DNA of 32,000 nt from an uncultured Opitutales bacterium (GTDB lineage: Bacteria > Verrucomicrobiota > Verrucomicrobiia > Opitutales > Intestinicryptomonadaceae). This document shows positions 27,257-32,000 of the stretch, one piece after another (within the stretch, counting starts at the first letter, position 1; every line of letters starts with the position of its first letter). The position numbers were made by a program, and so were the translations under genes. The notes under the pieces are model-generated. The model worked only from the letters and a program-made list of their open reading frames with translations. It searched no databases and had not been told where the DNA came from. The stretch covers positions 1 to 32,000 of the forward strand of contig CAKUIA010000004.1 of NCBI GenBank assembly GCA_934660865.1. Reading direction: 5' to 3'.

Positions 27257-28525
27257 TTAAATGTCGTTAAAGCGGCATACTTTGGCGCCAAGCTGCGCCA
27301 ATTTTTTGTCTATGCCGTCGTAGCCGCGGTCTAGGTGGTATATTCGGTGTATCACGGTTTCGCCCTCGGCGCAAAGGGCGGCAATAAGCAGGGCCGCGCT
27401 TGCCCTTAAGTCAGAAGCCATAACATCGGCGCCCGAAAGGCGGCTTGGCCCGTGCACTATTGCGCTTGCGCCCTCGCGGGCTATGTCGGCCCCCATTCTG
27501 AGGAGCTCGGCAACGTGCATAAATCTTTCGGGATAAATCTTTTCGGTAATTATGCTGTTTCCGCAAATTTGTGTGCTAAGCGCGCATATTTGCGCCTGCA
27601 AGTCGGTCGGGAAACCCGGATACGGCATTGTTACCGCACTTAGAGGCTTTAAGTCGGCATTTGTAGCGTCTATATGCAGGTCGTTTTTGCGCCACTCGAA
27701 CTTTGCATTACACGGCTCTAAAAGGTCCAGCAAAGCGCTTAAGTGCTCTTTTACTATGCCCTTTACAACAACCTTGCCCTTTGTGGCAAGCGTTGCAATT
27801 ATCCAAGTGCCGGCCTCTATTCTGTCGGGGATTACCGTATGCTCGGTGCCGCACAGGCGCGGAACCCCCGTTATTTTAAGCGTGGGGCTGCCTATGCCGT
27901 CTATAATCGCGCCCATGCTTTGCAGCATATTGCATAAATCGGCAATTTCGGGCTCGCAGGCCGCGCTTTCTATAACGGTTTCGCCTGGGGCGCAAACGGC
28001 GGCCATAACCATGTTCGCAGTTCCGGTAACGGTGCTGCCAAACCTGCCGCCCAAAAACACGGTGCTGCCGCGCATTTTTGTCGCGTCTACATTAACATAG
28101 CCCGACTCTATGGAAACTTTGCAGCGCAACGCCTTAAGCCCCTTTATATGCAAGTCTATGGGGCGCGCGCCTATAACGCAACCGCCCGGCATGGAAACTT
28201 TTGCCTTGCGCTTTCTTGCAACCAAAGGCCCCAAAAGGCATATCGAAGCCCTCATTTTCCTTACCAAATCGTAGGGGGCAACGTTGGAAATATCGCCGGC
28301 CTGAATTTCCCATACGCCCTTTTCGGGGTTCGATATTTTCGCGCCCAACGCCTCTATAATTTGCGCCATATAGCGAACGTCGCTTAAATCGGGCACGTTC
28401 CTAAACACGCACTTTTCGGGCGTCATAAGGGCGGCTACAAAAAGGGGCAGACAAGCGTTTTTAGAACCCGACACTTGCACTTGCCCCTTTAAGGACGCGC
28501 CCCCTTCTATGCGGAGAGCCTCCAT
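27257..28525 (-). CDS. murA: UDP-N-acetylglucosamine 1-carboxyvinyltransferase
   Basis: 422 aa. Motifs GSKNACLP, catalytic Cys loop MPGGCVIGARPIDLH, FPTDLQAQ, and RIYHLDRGY. Confidence 0.95.
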   Translation of the reverse strand: MEALRIEGGASLKGQVQVSGSKNACLPLFVAALMTPEKCVFRNVPDLSDVRYMAQIIEALGAKISNPEKGVWEIQAGDISNVAPYDLVRKMRASICLLGPLVARKRKAKVSMPGGCVIGARPIDLHIKGLKALRCKVSIESGYVNVDATKMRGSTVFLGGRFGSTVTGTANMVMAAVCAPGETVIESAACEPEIADLCNMLQSMGAIIDGIGSPTLKITGVPRLCGTEHTVIPDRIEAGTWIIATLATKGKVVVKGIVKEHLSALLDLLEPCNAKFEWRKNDLHIDATNADLKPLSAVTMPYPGFPTDLQAQICALSTQICGNSIITEKIYPERFMHVAELLRMGADIAREGASAIVHGPSRLSGADVMASDLRASAALLIAALCAEGETVIHRIYHLDRGYDGIDKKLAQLGAKVCRFNDI

Positions 28526-28540
28526 CTTAAAAACTGCGGC

Positions 28541-29188
28541 CTACTGTTCGGCTTTTGGAGCCTGCTGCTGTTGCGGAGCGCGGCGTTTAAAGTCGTTGCG
28601 GCGGCGGTTGTTAAAGTTTTTGCCGTTTTTGCGGTAGTTGCCTTTAAAGTTGCCGTCTCTATGGAATTTCTTGTCGCCGTTGCGGTGGAAATTCTTTTTG
28701 CCGTAGCGGTCGTTCTTAAAGGTTTTTTGCTTTTTCTTGCCGAAAATGCCCGACAAAATCCTCTTTATTCTGGCAAGTATACCCTTGTTTTGTTTCAGGT
28801 TTTCCCTGTCTAAAGCCGCGCTTGCCGAAGCGTACGAAACTGCGCCTTTTGCGATATTTTCGTGCTTGGCGGGCATTTTTTTAAGGCCTACCTCCAAAGT
28901 TCTGTTTTGCGAGTCGGCTTCCTCAAATTCGGGGCCTTCGCGTTCGGGGGTTTGTGCCGATTTAACTTCTTCGACTTCCGAAACGGTTTCGGCAACCTCA
29001 ACTTTGGGTTGTTCGGCTTCAGACTGATAGCCCTTAATATGCTGGCCGCTAAGTTTTTCGGAGAATGTGCTTATGTCGTCTATTATGCCGCAAGCGGGAG
29101 CGGAATTTGCCGCAATTTTAGATTGGCTGCGGCGCTTGTTGCGGCCGTTGCCGTGGAATGCGGGCTGCGTATTTGTAGTGTCTTGCAT
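28541..29188 (-). CDS. Hypothetical bipartite acidic/basic, largely disordered protein upstream of murA
   Basis: 215 aa. An acidic middle region (EVEVAETVSEVEEV...EFEEAD), a predicted amphipathic helix GILARIKRILSGIFGKKK, and a degenerate basic repeat tail (KNFHRNGDKKFHRDGNFKGNYRKNGKNFNNRRRNDFKRR). Lies 15 nt upstream of murA. No family recognised. Confidence 0.55.
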   Translation of the reverse strand: MQDTTNTQPAFHGNGRNKRRSQSKIAANSAPACGIIDDISTFSEKLSGQHIKGYQSEAEQPKVEVAETVSEVEEVKSAQTPEREGPEFEEADSQNRTLEVGLKKMPAKHENIAKGAVSYASASAALDRENLKQNKGILARIKRILSGIFGKKKQKTFKNDRYGKKNFHRNGDKKFHRDGNFKGNYRKNGKNFNNRRRNDFKRRAPQQQQAPKAEQ

Positions 29189-29494
29189 GGTTGGTTTTGT
29201 TTCTCTTTTGATGTGCCGCCGACTTTTTATTGTTATATATGTGCAACAATATGGTAGTTGCGCCGATGTAGGCTAACGCCAACGCAGTTTAAGCCGGCAG
29301 GAAAACTGCGCAATAATATGGCGAAACCCGACGGATGAGGAATGGGAGAAAGCCCTTTTGGGCAAGCGGATATTCGCCGTGGATTTATGAGAGCACATTT
29401 TGCCCGAGAATACAACATATTTTTTAGCCGACCGCTCAAAAAGTCTTGACTGCAAGGCGAATTTATAGAGAATTTGCCTTTTATAAAACAACAA

Positions 29495-29565
29495 GCGAGC
29501 ATAGTTTAGTGGTAAAACCCCTGCCTTCCAAGCAGGTTACGTCAGTTCGATTCTGTCTGCTCGCA
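29495..29565 (+). tRNA. tRNA-Gly (anticodon UCC)
   Basis: Hand-folded cloverleaf. Acceptor GCGAGCA/TGCTCGC, D-arm GTTT-AGTGGTA-AAAC, anticodon arm CCTGC-CTTCCAA-GCAGG (TCC), T-arm GTCAG-TTCGATT-CTGTC (one U-U mismatch), discriminator A. CCA is not encoded. Confidence 0.85.
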
Positions 29566-29699
29566 TTTTTTGTGCCCGAATTTTGCCCGACATTTTTTGG
29601 GGCTCTAAAAAACGCCCCTCCTTTTGCATATTGCGCAAACATTGGGCTTTTTGCTCTTATTTGTTGACGCACTTGGTAAAACATATTAACTGCCCTTAT

Positions 29700-30392
29700 A
29701 TGATAAAGATTTTTGCGACAATACTTTTGGGCGTTGCATCGTGCGCGCTGTGCGCGGCCCAGATAAACGAAAACGATTGGCGTTTTGAATATCCGTCTTA
29801 CGGCGTAAAATACGACAGCGGCTTTGTAAGGTTTACGGGCAACGAAAACACGGATTCGTTTCTTTTCTACAACGAGGCGAAATTCGCGCAACTTATGGGG
29901 GGCTTTTCGGCCGAAATGGAGCTGCCCGCGGCAATGACCGACGCAGGCTCGGTTTTTCAGGCGCAGCTTTCGGGCAAAGAGAGCAACTCGGGCTGGATAA
30001 AATGGAACGCAACTTTTTACAGCGACTTGCTTGTGGTTTTAATAACCGCCTCCGACGGCTCGTCTTTGGAGAAGGACATTCCCCTGATTTCCCAGCCGCA
30101 GGAGCGCTTTAATTTATCCTTTTCGCTTGCAAAGGATAGCTCGGGCACATTTTCGGCAACACTTTCCGTCCTAGACGAATCGTTCGATTTAAGCAGCATT
30201 TCGCTTTCGGGAATGTCGCAGGGCGAATTCGGCATAGGCATTAACGGGCAAAAATTTGAGATGGACAAAGACAACCCGCTTCTTACCGACTTTTCGTATT
30301 CTGCAAGCGTTCCGGAACCCTCGCATATAGGCGCAATAGCGGGAATTTTTGCCCTGCTTGTTTTTGCGGGCAAAAGGCGCAAGCTACGTTAA
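29700..30392 (+). CDS. PEP-CTERM sorting-domain protein (exosortase substrate)
   Basis: 230 aa from ATG 29700. Signal peptide MIKIFATILLGVASCALCAA. The C-terminus VPEPSHIGAIAGIFALLVFAGKRRKLR is PEP motif + TM helix + basic tail. Confidence 0.8.
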   Translation: MIKIFATILLGVASCALCAAQINENDWRFEYPSYGVKYDSGFVRFTGNENTDSFLFYNEAKFAQLMGGFSAEMELPAAMTDAGSVFQAQLSGKESNSGWIKWNATFYSDLLVVLITASDGSSLEKDIPLISQPQERFNLSFSLAKDSSGTFSATLSVLDESFDLSSISLSGMSQGEFGIGINGQKFEMDKDNPLLTDFSYSASVPEPSHIGAIAGIFALLVFAGKRRKLR

Positions 30393-30401
30393 AATTTGTC
30401 G

Positions 30402-30428
30402 GGGGGCCTTTATTGCGCCCCTTTTTTT
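30402..30428 (+). terminator. Possible terminator of the PEP-CTERM gene (overlaps the 3' end of the convergent gene)
   Basis: GGGGC-N9-GCCCC followed by T7 (30422-30428). The stem is short. Confidence 0.35.
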
Positions 30429-31456
30429 GGCCTAACAAGTTTGCGCTGTTTTATGGCGTCTATTTCCTCTACCGAAGCGGGCAAAACTTTGTAGGCCGCG
30501 TTTTCGGGTATGTCGAATTCTTCGAACGAATTTACCACAACACAGCGCATGAGCTTTAGCACCCTATTCTTTACCGCAGCCTTTGTGCCCGTAAAAAATC
30601 CTTCGGGCTTTTTGCGGAATATCATTTCGGTGGCTATCGCGTAGCGCTTTTTGTCGAGCATTAAAAAGCTTGCATACTTTTTGTCGGGCTTGCGGTTGCT
30701 ATACATGTCGAGTTGGGCAATAGATACAAACACGGTTTTTGTGTCGGTAAACGGAGCCGCCGAAGCTACTATGTCTAAAACATACCCGAAAAGCTCGCCC
30801 GCATACTGCTTTCTTTTGGGGTCGAAATTCGACATCAAATCGCTGGGGTCCAGCTGCATTGGCGTTAGCACGTTTACGGCCAGCCCGCTTTCCTCCTCAA
30901 GCTTAAGGGAAACCTCGTTTGCCAAATCGGGCGAAAGCGGCAAAAATGTGGCCATGCAAATGTTCGAAATCCTTTCGGCGCGCTCGTAGCCGCTTTCCAT
31001 TTTGCAGTGCGTAGCAAAGATTTTGTAGCCGACAAAAAATGCAAGCACAGCCAACAGCACGGCGCAAAACATTGCGGCGTTTCCGCTGCTTTTGGCGATG
31101 TTTGCCTCCATATTTTGGGGCGTTTCGCCGAAAGCGCCCGCCTGCAAAAAAGACGTTAGCGAAAAATATTCGGCATCTATAAAGGCGGTGTCGCACTCCC
31201 CCAGCGCGAAAAGCTTTTTGTAGGAAACCTGAACAAACATCAGCTTTTTTTGCGCGTTAACCGAAATGTTAAATGATACGTTTCTTTTTACAAATGCGCG
31301 CAACACCTTTTGCGCGGTATACGATACGTTGTTTTCATTGTCTACGCTCGACGAAATATTTGCATAGCCCCTGCGCGAAAAATATTCGGGTATGCGTTCG
31401 TTTACCCTATCGCAGTTTTCAAGGCTGAATTGGTTTTGAAACAGGTATATTGCCAT
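30410..31456 (-). CDS. Hypothetical single-pass membrane protein; the C-terminal domain is possibly archaemetzincin-like but lacks HExxH
   Basis: One central TM helix (AAMFCAVLLAVLAFFVGYKIF). I prefer the start at ATG 31456 because 31457-31620 is AT-richer and holds the likely rubrerythrin promoter. Alternative ATGs at 31582/31588; the track start at 31750 overlaps rubrerythrin and is rejected. Confidence 0.55.
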   Translation of the reverse strand: MAIYLFQNQFSLENCDRVNERIPEYFSRRGYANISSSVDNENNVSYTAQKVLRAFVKRNVSFNISVNAQKKLMFVQVSYKKLFALGECDTAFIDAEYFSLTSFLQAGAFGETPQNMEANIAKSSGNAAMFCAVLLAVLAFFVGYKIFATHCKMESGYERAERISNICMATFLPLSPDLANEVSLKLEEESGLAVNVLTPMQLDPSDLMSNFDPKRKQYAGELFGYVLDIVASAAPFTDTKTVFVSIAQLDMYSNRKPDKKYASFLMLDKKRYAIATEMIFRKKPEGFFTGTKAAVKNRVLKLMRCVVVNSFEEFDIPENAAYKVLPASVEEIDAIKQRKLVRPKKGAQ

Positions 31457-31544
31457 ATATGTGCGTTGCGGTGTATGCGGGCAATTCTCGCAATAATTAT
31501 ACGGCTTGCAAGAATTAAAAACGGCGGAACCCAAAATTTTTTCA

Positions 31545-31572
31545 TTGACAGTTATTGTTAAAGATTTACATT
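31545..31572 (+). promoter_or_regulatory. Candidate sigma70-type promoter of the rubrerythrin gene
   Basis: TTGACA (31545-31550), 16-nt spacer, TACATT (31567-31572), about 48 nt upstream of ATG 31621. Pattern match only. Confidence 0.3.
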
Positions 31573-31620
31573 TAGCAAACATAAACATACGGCGTTTTGC
31601 CGGACAACAGAAAGACAGAT

Positions 31621-32000
31621 ATGAATATAAAAGGCACAAAAACGGAACAAAACTTAATGGCGGCATTTGCGGGCGAATCGCAAGCGCGCAACAAATACAG
31701 CTACTTTGCCTCGAAGGCAAAAAAGGAGGGCTTTGTGCAAATCGCCGCAATTTTCGAAGAAACGGCGGCCAACGAAAAAGAGCACGCGAAAATCTGGTTT
31801 AAACTTTTAAACGGCGGCGAAATAGGCTCTACAAAAGAAAACCTAAAAGCTGCCGCCAGCGGCGAAAACTACGAATGGACCGATATGTACGCCCAGTTCG
31901 CAAAAGAGGCAAAGCAGGAGGGCTTCGACAAAATCGCAACGCTTTTCGAAGAAGTAGGCAAAATAGAAAAGGAGCACGAAGAACGCTACCTTAAGCTTTT
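31621..32000 (+). CDS. rbr: Rubrerythrin (5' part; runs off the window end)
   Basis: My own translation from ATG 31621: [63 protein letters not shown]...[17 protein letters not shown]. It shows the diiron four-helix-bundle ExxH motifs. Absent from the ORF track because no stop lies in the window. Confidence 0.9.
   Translation, partial: MNIKGTKTEQNLMAAFAGESQARNKYSYFASKAKKEGFVQIAAIFEETAANEKEHAKIWFKLLNGGEIGSTKENLKAAASGENYEWTDMYAQFAKEAKQEGFDKIATLFEEVGKIEKEHEERYLKL

Noticed and set aside
29495-31456. tRNA-Gly as the attachment site of an integrated island carrying the PEP-CTERM and hypothetical membrane genes.
   Set aside because: There is no integrase or excisionase downstream. I found no repeat of the tRNA 3' end (TTCGATTCTGTCTGCTCGCA) later in the window, and base composition is similar to the flanks.
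15621-31516. A shared CAAGAAT/ATTCTTG core between the 15621 inverted repeat and the 31483 inverted repeat, as evidence for a common regulator.
   Set aside because: Arm orientation and spacer length differ (7 versus 12 nt). The 7-mer also occurs inside coding sequence (for example about 12513 in metK). Roughly four chance hits are expected in 64 kb of two-strand sequence.
1-32000. CRISPR arrays, tandem or interspersed repeats, IS elements, and rRNA or other large RNA genes.
   Set aside because: Reading through all intergenic gaps (all under 310 nt) showed no repeat-spacer periodicity, no transposase-like ORF and no terminal inverted repeats. The only RNA gene I could fold is the tRNA-Gly.

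Overview
This window is mostly a bacterial core-genome segment of about 50% GC, densely coded on both strands. It looks Gram-negative (OprB-type porin, a lipoprotein, a PEP-CTERM protein) and probably anaerobic (rubrerythrin); I cannot assign a taxon from sequence alone. Recognisable housekeeping genes are ybaK, a squalene-hopene cyclase (shc) coupled to a TetR regulator, rph, metK-ahcY, folD-argS, recF, prfA-prmC, murA, tRNA-Gly(UCC) and a 3'-truncated rubrerythrin that is missing from the ORF track. Other family-level calls are a membrane-anchored DNA/RNA non-specific endonuclease coupled to a CPA1 K+/H+ antiporter, an esterase, an AMP-dependent acyl ligase, a C_GCAxxG_C_C protein, a ThuA-like lipoprotein, a MidA-like methyltransferase and a HAD hydrolase. 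Many ORF-track starts are upstream over-extensions and have been trimmed. I see no CRISPR array, transposase, integrase or recognisable defence system. The least ordinary part is a four-gene insert at 14.3-16.1 kb (XRE regulator, excisionase-like HTH, DUF1805, small secreted protein) that sits between ahcY and folD, with an AT-rich palindromic switch-like intergenic region and a perfect 12-bp inverted repeat. Other items worth follow-up are an orphan shc-tetR operon, a membrane protein whose C-terminal domain resembles a catalytically dead archaemetzincin, a basic disordered protein upstream of murA, an S/T/N-rich secreted protein, and a structured 300-nt non-coding gap before the tRNA. All functional calls come from motif recognition by eye; no database search was run.
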